Below the pieces are notes generated by a model. That model searched no databases. It saw nothing but the letters and a program-made list of their open reading frames with translations, and was not told the DNA's origin. This document shows positions 39,664-53,860 of a DNA stretch of 64,000 bases, one piece after another. The position numbers and the translations under genes are program-made. The stretch comes from Eledone cirrhosa (Eukaryota): NCBI GenBank assembly GCA_964016885.1, contig OZ024746.1, positions 80,786,001-80,850,000 on the forward strand, read 5' to 3'. Position 1 is the first letter of the stretch. Each line of letters opens with the position of its first letter.

Positions 39664-41325
39664 GATCACAAAAGGAATTTTGAAAATGACTTGCCAGTTA
39701 GATTGATCGCACCATCAAAATCGGACCTGGGCAAATTAAGCAAAAACATTCTTGACAGGGTGATACAGCAAATTAAGAACTTGGATTGTTTACCTAACCT
39801 GAGCTTGTGGAAGGGAACTGGAGAGGTTGTTGAGTGGTTTAAGCAAATTAAATATAACAATAATAATAAGTTTATTCAACTTGATATTGCTAACTATTAT
39901 TCTTCTATTACCCCTAATCTACTAAATAAGGCACTAAATTACGCATTCAAACATACAGACCTAACTAGCAATGAAATGCACATTATATTATCGACTAGGA
40001 AAACATTGATAGAATTTAATGACCAACTATGGACCAGAGCAGATAGAGATAGCAATTTTGACATTACTATGGGATCATCCGACTCAGCTCAGGTAACTGA
40101 CCTTGTGGGCTTATTTTTAATCAATTCGCTACATAGGAAAATACCTGGTACTACCGGAGGTTTATATAGAGATGACATGCTTTTACTTATTGATAATAAT
40201 AACTCTGAACTAAATAGAAAAAGTAAACAAATTACACAATTTTTTAATTACTTTAATCTTAAAATAGAAATTGAGAACAACCATAGAATAGTCAATTTCC
40301 TAGATATAACATTAAATCTCAACACATGTCTTCACTATCCTTTTCACAAGTTGAATGAAAACTTAAACTATGTCAGCTTTAACTCTAACCACCCCAGATC
40401 TGTCAAAAACACTATAGTAAACCCTGTTCAAAAACGCATCTCTAGAATCTCGTCTAATAGAAAGATTTTCGACGAAAAAGCCCAGTACTACAATGAAGCG
40501 TTAGCTAGAGCAGGATATAGTGATAAGATTATGTACATAGATAATGATAGACAAACTAAACAAAATAACAACTATTTTAATTACGGCAACAACCTTAACA
40601 ACTATAATAGAAAGCATTACAATAATTCCAAAAGCCAAAAAAGAAATAGAACTAGGAACATAATTTGGTTTGCCCCCCCTTTCTCACTAAACATTAAAAC
40701 CCACATCGCTAAACTATTTTTTAAAGCTCTTGATAATCGCTTCCCTAGTACACATAGGTATCACTCAATTTTCAATAGACATACTATAAAATTAACCTAC
40801 TCATCCACCAAAAATTTAGCACACAATATTAATAGAATAAATAATAGGAACTTAAAACCTAGTGGTAATAGCATAACTAATATACAAGTTAACAAATGTA
40901 ACTGTAGAGATAGATCTAAATGTCCGTTAAATAACAACTGCTTAGTTAAAAATATAATATACAATTGTAATGTTAAAACTGACTCTAATTCTTTTAACTA
41001 CGTCGGTTCCACATCGACGGAATTTAAACTTCGCTATAATAACCACAAGAATTCTTTCACAGATCCAAGCAAAAAATCTTCAACAGCACTATCAGGCGTA
41101 CTCTGGCAACTTAAGCTAGATAACGTTAGATATTCGACGGCTTGGAATATAGTCTCAAGAGGGATTCCTTTTAATTCATCCTCTGAGACATGTGACCTCT
41201 GCGCAGAGGAGATATTCTTTATACTAAAATCTAAAAATTCCCTTAATCTACGGACAAATTTATTCAGTTGCTGCAAACATAGATTAAATTCAACTTTTAA
41301 ATATAAATTTAAATTTAAAATGTAG
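39664..41325 (+). CDS. Penelope-like reverse transcriptase / GIY-YIG endonuclease (N-terminally truncated)
   Basis: The frame opens upstream of the TTG at 39691 as DHKRNFENDLPVRLIAP (PLE RT motif). It continues with FIQLDIANYYSSI, TMGS, LYRDD (YRDD at 40165-40176), VNFLDITL, SNHP, IIWFAPPFS, the CNCx5CPLx3C knuckle (from 40897), IIY..YVG (GIY-YIG variant), RYNNH, CDLCAEE and LN..CCKH. No internal stops. Confidence 0.92.
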   Translation, partial: DHKRNFENDLPVRLIAPSKSDLGKLSKNILDRVIQQIKNLDCLPNLSLWKGTGEVVEWFKQIKYNNNNKFIQLDIANYYSSITPNLLNKALNYAFKHTDLTSNEMHIILSTRKTLIEFNDQLWTRADRDSNFDITMGSSDSAQVTDLVGLFLINSLHRKIPGTTGGLYRDDMLLLIDNNNSELNRKSKQITQFFNYFNLKIEIENNHRIVNFLDITLNLNTCLHYPFHKLNENLNYVSFNSNHPRSVKNTIVNPVQKRISRISSNRKIFDEKAQYYNEALARAGYSDKIMYIDNDRQTKQNNNYFNYGNNLNNYNRKHYNNSKSQKRNRTRNIIWFAPPFSLNIKTHIAKLFFKALDNRFPSTHRYHSIFNRHTIKLTYSSTKNLAHNINRINNRNLKPSGNSITNIQVNKCNCRDRSKCPLNNNCLVKNIIYNCNVKTDSNSFNYVGSTSTEFKLRYNNHKNSFTDPSKKSSTALSGVLWQLKLDNVRYSTAWNIVSRGIPFNSSSETCDLCAEEIFFILKSKNSLNLRTNLFSCCKHRLNSTFKYKFKFKM

Positions 41326-41763
41326 TATATTTAGTTTGATTTATAATTATTTGGGAAACGAGCCGATAAATCTTTCGATTTCTTCTTTTTATTCTTTTTC
41401 TTTTTATTTTTATTTAAACATTCTTCATGAAAAATTAAACTACCCTAAAAGTTGATGTTCCAAATATTTCGAATAAACGTTACACTAGATAAACTTCTAT
41501 ATTAAATATAAGAACGCATGTAGACCAAATGGGCATCCTAAACTTTTTGAAATGATTTTTGCTAGACGCGATTTGATAAATAATTTTTAGCTTTATCTGT
41601 TTTCGACTCTGATGCTTATAATGAACTTGGCAATATATTGTCAATTAATTTTGAAGGGTTGATCTTTGTGGTTTATTTTTATTATTGTAGTATTTTCTAA
41701 TATTTTTACTTTTAATATGTAATATTTTTTCGTAATATTTTTTAGTTTTCTATTTTATTATTA

Positions 41764-41799
<36 letters not shown>

Positions 41800-42668
41800 T
41801 TTTGTTTTTGTTTCTGATATTTTTTTATTAATATATTTTTTATTAATATATTGAAATCTGTTCTCTATTTCTGCTTGATAGATAATCATGTAGAGTAAAG
41901 ACAAGAATAGTATTGTTAAAATTAATATAGACTCTATATATATGTGTATATATATACACATATATGTATACTTAAATTTTTATAGCACAATGAGAATGTT
42001 CTCCGTGTGAAATTGGGGTTTGCAGAGTTGATCACGTAAATTCACATCGATGTTTGTAGTTATCATATAAACATATGAATTTTTAAAACTAAACATAAGA
42101 TCATTACTTTTCACACATTATGGACACGTGTCTCATTCAGGAATACTGATATTTACATTATAGTGCCTGGTTTTTATACATACTAATACTTCTACATTAA
42201 AACATAGGGTTTTTATGCCTCGCCTATGTCTGGTTACTTTTCATTTTTCTCTCTATATAACAGCTGGTTTCTCTCCTAACCACATATATCTCCCTTACAT
42301 TAATACTAGAGCTAAATAAATAAATAAATAAATAAATGTATCATTGATACGTTTATTCAACGGATGTCCATCTACCTACTTTTCTCTATATATATCTATC
42401 TCTATCTATTTCCTCTCTCTATATATATCTCTCTCTGTTTCTTTACATGAAGTTCTTCTCTTTATCTATCTTTCCATCTCTCTATTTTGTTACATGCATT
42501 TCTTCTTTTTCTTCTTTTTCTTCGTTTTCTTTCTTTCTTTTCTTTCTTTCTTTCCTTCTTTCTCTCTTTCTTTCTTTTTGTTTACAATTTTTTCACTGCC
42601 AAATCAACTTTTCAAATACAAGTCGATGTTGAACGGTATGTCAAATCTATTTATCTATAAAACTGTCT

Positions 42669-42745
42669 ATATTGTATTTTGTCTGAGGAAGGCATAGCAT
42701 ATTGTTAATATGATATCCCTGAAATATATATAATGAAATAAATAT
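42669..42745 (+). ncRNA. Minimal type I hammerhead ribozyme in the PLE pLTR
   Basis: Stem I TATTTTGT/ATGAAATA (extended by ATATT/AATAT), core CTGAGGA 42683-42689, stem II AGG..CATA/TATG..CCT, GAAA 42721-42724, palindromic stem III TATATA, UA cleavage site 42731-42732. Confidence 0.8.
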
Positions 42746-42889
42746 GGTTTTATAAATATTGTTTCCATTTATTTAATATCGTAAATATACTCCAAATACT
42801 TGTTGAGTGCTTTTATATCAGTTATAAATATTTACTAGTTGTAACCCAACAATTTAAATATAACTTTCCATATATATATATATGTATAT

Positions 42890-45600
42890 ATATATCACTT
42901 GGTGTCTCTGTCTGTGGCAGATTGTGAACTAACATGACTTAGTTCTTTCCAAAGTGTCCTGTTTTGTATGACTTCATTTATTTCATATAAATTTTGACTG
43001 AATCATTTATTGACATTGTCTCGCCAGCTCCATGGTGGCATACCCCTATTTCTTTTACCCTGAATTTTACCTTCCATACATGTTTTAGAAAGAACATTTT
43101 GTAAACTTTGTACATGATCAAAGAGCTTTATGCCTATTATTGAAACTAGTTTAGCATCTTCTAGCAGATTCTCATGTTTTATATGGTCAATTAGTTTATG
43201 GTTTGTCATGAACCTTGTTTCTTTACAAATCATGGATGAGGTCCAGTTCACACATTCAACCATAAAGATCAACATGTAGGACATACAAGTTATAGATTTT
43301 ACATTTGATATAAAGTGGGATCCGTTTTGAAGTTAAAAGTTCCTTATTTTATCTTAAAAGCTGCCCAGCCTAAGTCTATTGTGATGAATTGCCACAGAAC
43401 CATCATTATTCCTACTTGACAGTTTAAGACCTAGATAGACAAATTCTGAAACTCGTATGGATTTATCATATATTGTAAGATGTAGAGGTTGATTATTCTT
43501 ATCTGTTGACATACATATAGTTTTGGAGATGTTTACTAATATCCCAATTTTTGCTGCATGCCTAGTTAGAGCATCAAGGTACATTTGCAGATCTTCATGA
43601 GAGATGTTTAGACAACTATATCATTAGCATAGCTAAGATTCAAAAGTAGCTGGCCACTGATAAAGAAACCTGAGTTGCATTCTGCTTCTGTTTTCAAAAT
43701 TATGGATGTTATGACAATTCAGAAGAGTAAAGCTGAAAGAATGTCTCTTTGTTTTACACCTTTGAGGATGTTGACATGCCTGGAGATGCCTATGTCTTTT
43801 TTTATTGCTGTCATAGACTTGTCATATGTTTATTTTAGGAGATGTATGTATCTCTTGTTGAGGCTTGTATTATCAAGTAGTTTCCAGAGATTAAGAAGTT
43901 TTACACTATCAAAAGCTTTGGTGAAATCAATGAAAGCTATATACACTGGGTTGTTAAAGTTGATTGATTTTTCAATAATTCCCTTCAAAGCAATTATTTG
44001 TTCAAAAGTACTTTGACCAGGTTTATATGCTGCTTGAGATGCAGAAAAAGATGCAAAGAGATCATCTTTAACATGTGAAGCAATGATACTAATAAACAGC
44101 TTATAAAAATGACTTACCAGACTGATTTGATAGAAATTGCCACAATCTAGTCAGCTATACTTTTTGAAGATAACCACTATAAAAACTTCTTTAAAGGCTT
44201 CAGGTAGTAAACCAGTGATTAGTATTTGATTTAAAAGATGTAATAAAGCATTCACTAAGGGTCCCCCATCAGCTTTGAGATATTCTAAGTAGATGTTATC
44301 TAATCCTTTTACTGCTTTTCAAGTTTTTGAGTGTGAATTCTGCTTTTTATTTTAGAAGAGGAATGGTATAATTTAAAGCATTATCAACAAAAGTTGCAAG
44401 AGTGTCATAAAATTTGGCTGAATGCTCTAAGCTATCATCTTTGCTGGTCAATAAATTACCATTATAGTCATTTTTACTTTGGTTTTACTTTCAACCTTTT
44501 TAAAGCAGCATAATACTGCTTGTGAAGTGACAGAGGGCAAAGGAAATCAATATGCTATTCTATCTGCTTTAACTTGTCTTTTTTAACCAGTTTTAGAATC
44601 AGCTTTAGCTATGCAGTTTGTGTTGATGTTACTCCTAGCTGTACTTTGATTGTATGTTTGTTTGTAATAGCTTTTCGGTTACCTGGGACATCCAGTTAGA
44701 GTATGTGTGATTATTAGAGGCAAGATTTTTTCATTATTGTATCTTGAATTGCTGATGATATGTCTTAATAGTTTTTCTAGTTCCAAAAGTTCTGACAAAC
44801 CAGAAAATCGATTGGAAAGGCTTTTGAATTTCTGGATTACTTGGTCATTCAAGGTGGAATTTTGAAACATGGAGTTGATTGCAATCAAATCATTTCTAGT
44901 ACAGAATTTTGCAAAGAGTTCACTACAGTCACCAGCATTCCCAAGAGTATGTTTATCAATGGAAGATGGAGAAGTTGCATGAAGATTCCCTATTTTATAA
45001 TCAAAATCTTCCATAATAAAAAGGTGATCTCTAGCTGTATGATAACTTCTTCAACAGGATTGCAGGTTGTTGGGAAATAGCATTGTATGAATGTAACTTT
45101 TGAAAACTTTCCCCTCAGACTCAACATAGAAAGTCTGTCAGATATAGGCTCATAGTTACCAATGAAAGGATCATGATTTATAGACAAGAAATCCTGTGCC
45201 ATTCGATCAAGAAATATTGTTGCCAGAAAAAAATAAGTTGACACGCTGACTCTTGAATGGTTTCAATTTTTGTTTCTTTCACCTTTGTTTCAGATAATCC
45301 AATGATACTCCACTTTACTTTTTCTAACTCCAGTGCATGCATGTTTAGGTTGTTTGTTGTACCGGGGTGGTAAGTACATACATTTAAGGTATGATTAGTT
45401 TTGGGTTTTTTAATTCATCTGATTGTTGGTAGCCTACTAGTCCAAGGTTGGTGGCATAATCCCCTGATCATCCCTGTCACACCAATTTGAGGAATGCTGA
45501 TGTGCCCTCTGATTGCATGGCAAGGGTCCAGAGGTAGTCCTCTCTGATCTCAGAATCTTTGATTTGACATTTTCTGTTAGTTTTATCAGCCTACTTATCC
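42890..45600 (-). pseudogene. Decayed near-full-length RTE-like LINE (APE endonuclease + RT), many frameshifts and stops
   Basis: Minus-strand motifs in order: TLNVCT (~45380), WSIIGLSET, VTFIQCYFPT, FCTRNDLIAINSMFQ, IAFIDFTKAFDS (~43905-43940), GVKQRDILS, LSYANDI (~43620-43640), VNISKT, EFVYLG, MEGKIQGKRNRG..WRDNV. End coordinates are approximate. Confidence 0.85.
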
Positions 45601-45651
45601 ATACTGGTTTAGGATAAATTGGAAGACAGTTTTTTTATTTGTGATACCACC

Positions 45652-45690
<39 letters not shown>

Positions 45691-45691
<1 letters not shown>

Positions 45692-46169
45692 GACAGCTGC
45701 ATAAAAAGGTGCAGAGCACTAGAAGTTGATGGAAACCGCGGAGTGGGGAGACCCAAGATGACTTGGGATGAGGTGATAAAAGCCGACCTTACCCAACTAC
45801 ACCTCTCAAAGTCAATGACACACGACCGTGACTTCTGGCGTCACGCAGTAATACAGGGTACCCGACCTCCCATGGGTACATGCTGAAGCATATAAACAAT
45901 ATGCCCCCACTCCCCCCACCGCAAGGTGGTCGTGGAGGTGCCACGGCAAAAAAGCACCCAGCCCACACTGTAAAGTGGACGTGTAGGCGCCACGAAAAAG
46001 CACCCAGCACTCACTGTAAATGAGGTTGGTGTTAGGAAGGGCATCCAGCTGTAGAAATCAAGCCAGATCAGTTCCTGTATGAGCAAGGCATGGTCAGCCG
46101 ACCAGACACTGCCCACAACAGGACAACCCGTCTAACCCATGCTAGCGTGGAAGAACGGACGTAAAACGG

Positions 46170-46200
<31 letters not shown>
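45691..46200 (+). mobile_element. RTE-B 3' fragment
   Basis: Closely matches 9678-10194. DSCIKRCRALEVDGNRGVGRPKMTW. Confidence 0.85.
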
Positions 46201-46253
46201 ATATATATATATATATATAAACACAAACATGCACATACATACATACATACAGA

Positions 46254-46336
<83 letters not shown>

Positions 46337-46351
46337 GCACGTACATAAAGA

Positions 46352-46389
<38 letters not shown>

Positions 46390-46639
46390 CATACATGCAT
46401 ACATACATAAAGATATCTATTATTAAAAGTGACTATTTACTTCAACATTTTGCTAATACTATTGGTTTCTCTTTCGAGAAGGTAATAGCATCAGCAAATG
46501 TTCAAAGTAAACAACCGCTATAAATAATAAATATTATTTCGGTTCTACAGAGAGTTTTGAATTCTTCATTCAATGGAGGTTTAGTATATTTATGCACATG
46601 AAGCTATAAAACAAGCATTAATACATACACATACACAAA

Positions 46640-47241
<602 letters not shown>

Positions 47242-47634
47242 ACATTTTATCAAAAATACTATTAACTGCAAATATACTTATGTTATAAATCGTGGTTTAT
47301 CTTCTAAAGAGTTTATGCTATTTTATAATGGAAAAAGTAAAAAATATAGGCAGAAACTACTTCTGAACTTATTTTGACGTTTGTTTCCTGTAGATATACA
47401 CACTCAAGCACTTTCATACACACATACACTTGCACACATGCATACACATACATACACATGCACGCTTACAAACATCCATACACATATCTTTCCTCTATGT
47501 TATTTTGATTTCTCTTAAATACTTGAATAGAAAGAAACAGTGTGCGTGTGTGTGTGTGGTGACATATGCAACTGTATTTGTTTAATGTACTGAATATATT
47601 GTTTTATATATATATATAAAACAATATATTCAGT

Positions 47635-47678
<44 letters not shown>

Positions 47679-48306
47679 ATATAATCTGGTTATATCAAAC
47701 TTTTTATGGATTCTGGTTGTGTTATATTTTGCTTCCCAGTTTCACTACATTCCATGGTACAAATAAAAATATACAAATTAGCAGTTTTGATTTCTTTGCT
47801 GGTCTGTCTCAGTTCATCATTGGTCCTGATCCTTTACCCCACACTAAGCAAACACATACACACTATACCACAACAACCAACAGCATTTCTAATATATATA
47901 TATATCATCATCACAGTTAAGCATCCATTTTTCCATGCTAGAATGGATTAGATGAGTTGTCCCATCACGAAAAACATGTCTTGCTCATACAGAACTGATT
48001 TGGGCCTGGTTTCTATTCATGGATGCCCTTCTTAATGGCCACCACATTTAGAGTGTACCTGGGCACTTTTTGTCGTGTCACCAACAGGACTACTTTACAG
48101 TGTGGGTTGGGTGCTTTATATATGTTTATTTGTGACTCTATATGTGAATAAATATGAGACTATGTATAGTTTGTATTATTAATGCATAGCTGTGTGTGGT
48201 TATCACCATTGTTTATAGTAGACTGTCTAGGAATGTGTCTGAGATTGTCAACAAAAATAAAAATGCTTTATGTACACACTTTCATGAAGAAGATTTCTGC
48301 TTTCAA

Positions 48307-48341
<35 letters not shown>

Positions 48342-51300
48342 TGATGATCATCATTATTATTATCATTATTGTTGTTATTATTTAGCATTTAAAATCGTCA
48401 TGTTATGTAGATAACACTATTCCAATTATTTTTAGTAAAGACTGACTCAGCACTTTGAAATAAAACACTGGTGATAGAATGGTTAATGTACTGGAATTTT
48501 TATAAAAGTCACAGAAGGCTTGCTATTGTTATAAACAGTTTTAAAAGTCACACACGGTGGTATGTAATTGTTAAACCAGAAACCAGCCCTTGGTTTATGA
48601 TGTGAAGCTCTTATTTTTTTTAAGCATTTATATTTATCTAAAAATCTTCCTTTATAAATTTATGCAAGAAAATTTAAGTGAAGTTAGGCTCCAAACATCG
48701 GCTTAATGATGAGAAAGTTAATTATATTACTAAGTGTGGCCTAGTGATTAGGGGGTTGGATTCACAATCATGTGGTTGTGAGTTTGATTCCCAGACTGGG
48801 CGATGCATTATGTCCTATTATGTCCTTGAGCAAGACACTTTATGTCATGTTGCTTCTACTGCCAGGAGTTGCAACCGGTAGATAGTATTATCAATTGCAA
48901 AGACCTATGGTGACATTGTTTCCTTGGTCTGATCTGATCAGTTCCATCCTTCCAAGCAAATGAGGTTTGGGGTCTTGTCATTCTTTTGAAGAAAAAAAGA
49001 AACAAATCCTTTCAAATTCTTGATTATTTTCGAAAGACTTTGAGATTTATAGACAGTTTCTTTCAATAGGTAATTAAGTGTTGAAGTGTTAGTATACTTA
49101 CAGAAATTCTTGGCGAAATTGCTAGAATTCTGGCAGAATTGCTGTTTTTTTTTATTTATTAGCCAGGGCCAAATCAGTGCTTTAGCATTTTAATTCATCT
49201 AATATTAAAAGATCATGATAACATAGTGAGTGAAATTCATGTGGCTAATATTATTTCATTTGAAGCTTACAGGTTGCTGCTGCTGCTACTGTCCAGCTTC
49301 AGATCAGCCTTGATTAAAAAGACATCTGATCAAATGTATTCCTACTATAACCATCAAGCCTTTTTGTATATTAAGGACTACATCATCCAATGTGTTCTTT
49401 TGTCTTTGAGATGATAGGTGTGGTTTCAGGAAATTTGGCAGCAATGTTTTTTAAGCAGGTAGAACAACTACTTAAAGGCTCCTTCATTAAATTCCTGCTG
49501 GCAGGTGTTTTAGAATGGTGTATACAATTAGTGGAAGGAATAGACTGAAGTTATCTGGACAGGATCTGATCAATTATATAGAACATAAGTAACTGAAAGG
49601 GCAAAGGCAGGTGTATAGAATGGGCTCTTGAGTGACATTGGCAGGTAGATAGCAAAATCAGAGAAAAGTGAGGACTTGTGATATTGGTAAAACATTCAGA
49701 GAAGACATACTTAATATGAATGAGCATTGGTAAAATGAAATCTTCTTAGTGGAGGTGAAAACAAAAAATACTTACAAATATCATTCTTCTATATCAATTA
49801 AGGTTTCATCAGATTAATTTCATTCCATTTTATTAGGTTAGAGCAAATGAAAATAGTAAATGTGAAAGGAAAAATATATTTCAAACACTTGCTCTTTTCA
49901 TTTCAAACACCCTTGAACAAAAAAAACCACAACTGCTATTTCCATGTCAACTACCTTTGAACAAGAAAGAAAAGAAAAGGAAGAAAGAGAGAAAAAATTA
50001 AAATATTTGCTGTTTCTATGTCAACTACCCTTGAACATAAAAAACACAAGATGAAAACAAAAATATATATCAAAAGGACAAAGAATTACATTTAAAAATA
50101 AAGTAAACAATTATACTATTATAAACAATTATGTTACTATGTTGCCAAAATTACAATGATTAATAATGCATTTAAAGTAATTTAAAAGGTTAGCTTAGGT
50201 TGGATGTGATGTGATTAATCTTGGCTTAAATTAATTTACTTCCTATTTTGCTTGGATATGTTTTGTCTTTTTATTCTTTCTTTTAATTCAAATTAATTCT
50301 CCTACCTTTAGTTGTTAAATTGTGATTCATAGCTAACTTGAAAGGTACCTCTAAGATTGATACTTACTAGCACTGTTAATCAGTATACCTTAACTCTTAA
50401 CATCCTGTAATGATTTAGCAGAAAATATCTAAAAACAGGTTTGTTGTTTCAAATGTTTATAGAACATTTACAGTTTATAGAACATTTACATTTGACAGAA
50501 ACTTTGTAGTAAATTTAAGTTAAGGCTAATTTTGAATGTAATGCGGTTATAGTGCTGTTTCATACTTTCCAAGGGTCTCTTGATGGGGTGATTTCATCCT
50601 GTACAGGGTGTTAACATTTTTGATGCCAAATTACTTGAAACTAACCAAGATTCTGTGATACAGAACTGTTTATTTTAAAGTGTTTATATTCATCTAAAAC
50701 TTATTCATCATAATTTTATGTTAAGTTATACCTAAAACACCTTTGTCATAATGAGAATGTTAGTTGCATTATCAATTCCTTTCAAATTCTTGATTATTTT
50801 CAAAAATATTTGATTGTCATAAGCAGTGTTTTTCATTAGAGATATGGTAATGAAAGGGTTAGCTCTTTTATGACCATATTTCTAATGAAATAAACTACCT
50901 ATGTGTATCAACTATTTTTGAAAATTCAAAGAATTTAATAAGATAACTAATCTTTTCATTTGTATACACATTATTTAACAAAAATCTCTTAAATAAACTT
51001 ATAATGAAAGGTGATAATATAAGTTTGAACATTTAAAAATGGTCAATTTTGTATCATAAAATCAGGGTTAAGAGTTAAAGTAGGTAGAAGTTCTTAGTAT
51101 TGGTACATATTCTTTCAAGTAAAGTAGACTACAATAAATAGAAAAAAAATACTCTTTGTCTAAGAATTTTAACTACCTAGCTATTGTGTTTCATATGCCA
51201 GTGTAAATACACTATTAGCTAACCTTGCTTACTTTAGTTTACCTTGCTGATAATAATCTTCACGTCTTTATGGTTGAGTGGTTAGATATTGGGATGGTAT

Positions 51301-51647
51301 TTAGAATAATACTTGTATAGTCTTGGAGCAAGCTTAAAAATACTTGTTCCAACTTTTTGTAATCATCCAAGTTTGCCAAATGCATCCTTCCAATGTAAAT
51401 TCTATATTTCAACTTACAAAGTAAAGATGTACTAACATTGAGCAAAATGTCTTGCAGTGTTGATGATGATGATGATGATGATGATGTTTAGTTGTATCCC
51501 TTTACATTCTGAGTTCAAGTCCTGCCAAGGTTGATTTTTGCCTTTCGTTTTTCCAAAGTCAATAAAATAAAGTACAAGTAAAGTACTGAGATATATATAT
51601 ATGGTTCACCTGATATTTTACCACACCTTTTCTGATATATATATTTA

Positions 51648-51733
51648 TATCATCATTTTACGTCCGCTTTTCCCTGCTTGCAAGGGTGGAACGGGTCCTA
51701 TTCAGCACAGCATCTCTCCACTTGTCATGGTCC
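51648..51733 (-). mobile_element. RTE-A extreme 3' end
   Basis: Matches 18303-18383. Confidence 0.75.
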
Positions 51734-53636
51734 TTATATATATATAATTGATTGTTGCCCATCACTCATCTACAATATTTATGGCCATGTTGCTATATAA
51801 GAAATTATCATTATTTCATGCCTAAAGGTTGGGGGATTAGCAGAATCATTAGAGCGTCTGACAAAATGTCTTGTGGCATGTAGTTAGAGCTATTTACATT
51901 TTGATTTCAAATACTACTGAAATCAACTTTTCAGTCTTCCGGGGTTGATAAAATAAAATACCAGTCATGTACTGGTGTAGATTTAATCAATCCCCACATC
52001 TTATGGAAATTGTTGGTTTTGTGCCAAAATTAGAAATAATTGTTTCATTGCTATATCAAATCTTTCCATTATTTCTGAAACCATCAAAATAAGAAAAAAA
52101 GTTTGAGAATCTGGAATTGTTGTTTGTGAGACTTGAACAAATATAAAAAAAAAAAAAAAAGTGTTGCTATCAAAATTTGCAAAATATTTCTGACAGGAAT
52201 CTCAACAAGAATGCTTTGCTATAATTCCCAGAGATCTTCTAATATGTGAGATTATGAGATAAAACACATGAATCTTTTTGATACCAAATCACCTGAAACC
52301 GCTGCTGGTTTTATAATACAAAGCTGTTTATTTTCATCGAAAAACCCTCAGTCATGATTCTATATAAAACTTTTGTTGTGTTCCAAACACCAATTTACTA
52401 ATGAGAAAGTTAATTATATGACTTAATTCCTCCAAATTCTTGATTATTTCCAAAATTATTTGAAAATTATAGGTAGTGTATTTGATAAAAAAAATGTAGT
52501 AATGAAAGGGTTAAATCAATGCAGAAATTATAATTCCAGATATTTGGGAAAGGTGATAGACAATCATATGTCTCCATCATTTATCTTGGTCAGCAGCTAT
52601 CAACTGAACAAATGCTGCAGAGATTCTTTCTGCTGGCAGGAGACCTTGATTATCGAAATAATAAATAGTTTAAATTTTACCTCTGATATTGCATACTCTT
52701 TCTCCTGTCTGTTATCACTAATGTGTGTGTGCGTGCATGTGTGTATGTGTATGTCTCTCTCTCTCTCTCTCTCTGTATATATATATATATATATATATAT
52801 GACCCTATTAAGAGGAGGAATGGCAGTACTCATGACCTTTTGCAGGGACTCCTTGAATGATAAGGGAACAGGATAAACATATGATTCATGTATTATCCTC
52901 ACACATAGTCTGAATGCTTAGCAACAGACTAGATTTCACTTAACTAACCCTTTAGCATTTAAACTGCATTTAAACTGCCAGTATCCGGTCAAAACTCTCT
53001 CACCTCTTTCTGTTAAAACTGGTTGTTACCAGCTACTCATACTGATGTTAAGTTATTGTTCTGAAAATAAATAATATCAAAATCTAATAGATTTGACTCT
53101 ATGTGGGATAATTATGTGAGGTAAAACTTTTACCATGAAAATATGATAGTAAATATAGAGTAATGTAAATGCTAAAGGGCTGATTCACCCATAAAGCAGA
53201 TGATGGTGTTAAACTGGCAGTCAGATACCACCAGGACTGGACTTTCATCTGCTGAGGCTCTAAACTATATGAAGCCCTTCTCTAAAAAAAGAGAATTGTT
53301 TTTTTTAATATTAATATTAATGATGATAAATAATATATTCCTTATATAGTTGAATATAAGTCAAGGAATATGTAACCAAAAACTCGATGGGAGAAGTGGG
53401 TTTGGCTTATATTTGATGATTTTCACCAACTTCAAATTCTATGTAAATAAGGTTTGGATTTTTGCCCATTTCTCAGCTTATATTCATATCAGATTATATT
53501 CAAGTATATATGGTTTATTTATTATATTTACTGATTTAGTGTTAAAGAATAAAAACTAATGCATTAAGATGGTCTTGATGTGTGTGTGTTTGTGTGTGTT
53601 AGCAACAGCCATGTATTTAGATATTTGAAGGGAGAA

Positions 53637-53677
<41 letters not shown>

Positions 53678-53776
53678 CATGTGTGTGCATATATACATAT
53701 ATATGCATATATATATATATGTGTGTGTGTATGCACACATATACATATATATATATGTATATGTGTGTGTGTATGT

Positions 53777-53820
<44 letters not shown>

Positions 53821-53860
53821 TCATATATACATACATTTATATATATATATATATTTAAAA

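Larger units (their letters stand above)
39527..42870 (+). mobile_element. Penelope-like retroelement (Naiad-type), 5'-truncated, with an inverted pseudo-LTR at the 5' end, inserted in (TA)n
   Basis: RT+GIY-YIG ORF. 39527-39665 is the reverse complement of 42641-42780 (about one substitution and one indel). A ~1.4 kb 3' region ends in a hammerhead-bearing pLTR plus a ~90 bp tail. (TA)n flanks both sides. Confidence 0.9.

Noticed and set aside
39691-39693. TTG as the true start of the 544-aa ORF
   Set aside because: The frame continues upstream with RT motif residues up to the inversion junction, so the real N-terminus is deleted.
39664-42640. Selenoprotein recoding / SECIS, as reported for some Naiad elements
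   Set aside because: There is no in-frame TGA, the conserved Cys positions use TGT/TGC, and no convincing SECIS fold is visible by eye.
39527-42780. DNA transposon, suggested by the 140-bp terminal inverted repeats
   Set aside because: The ORF is RT+GIY-YIG rather than a transposase, and the left arm truncates the ORF, which is typical of a PLE inversion.
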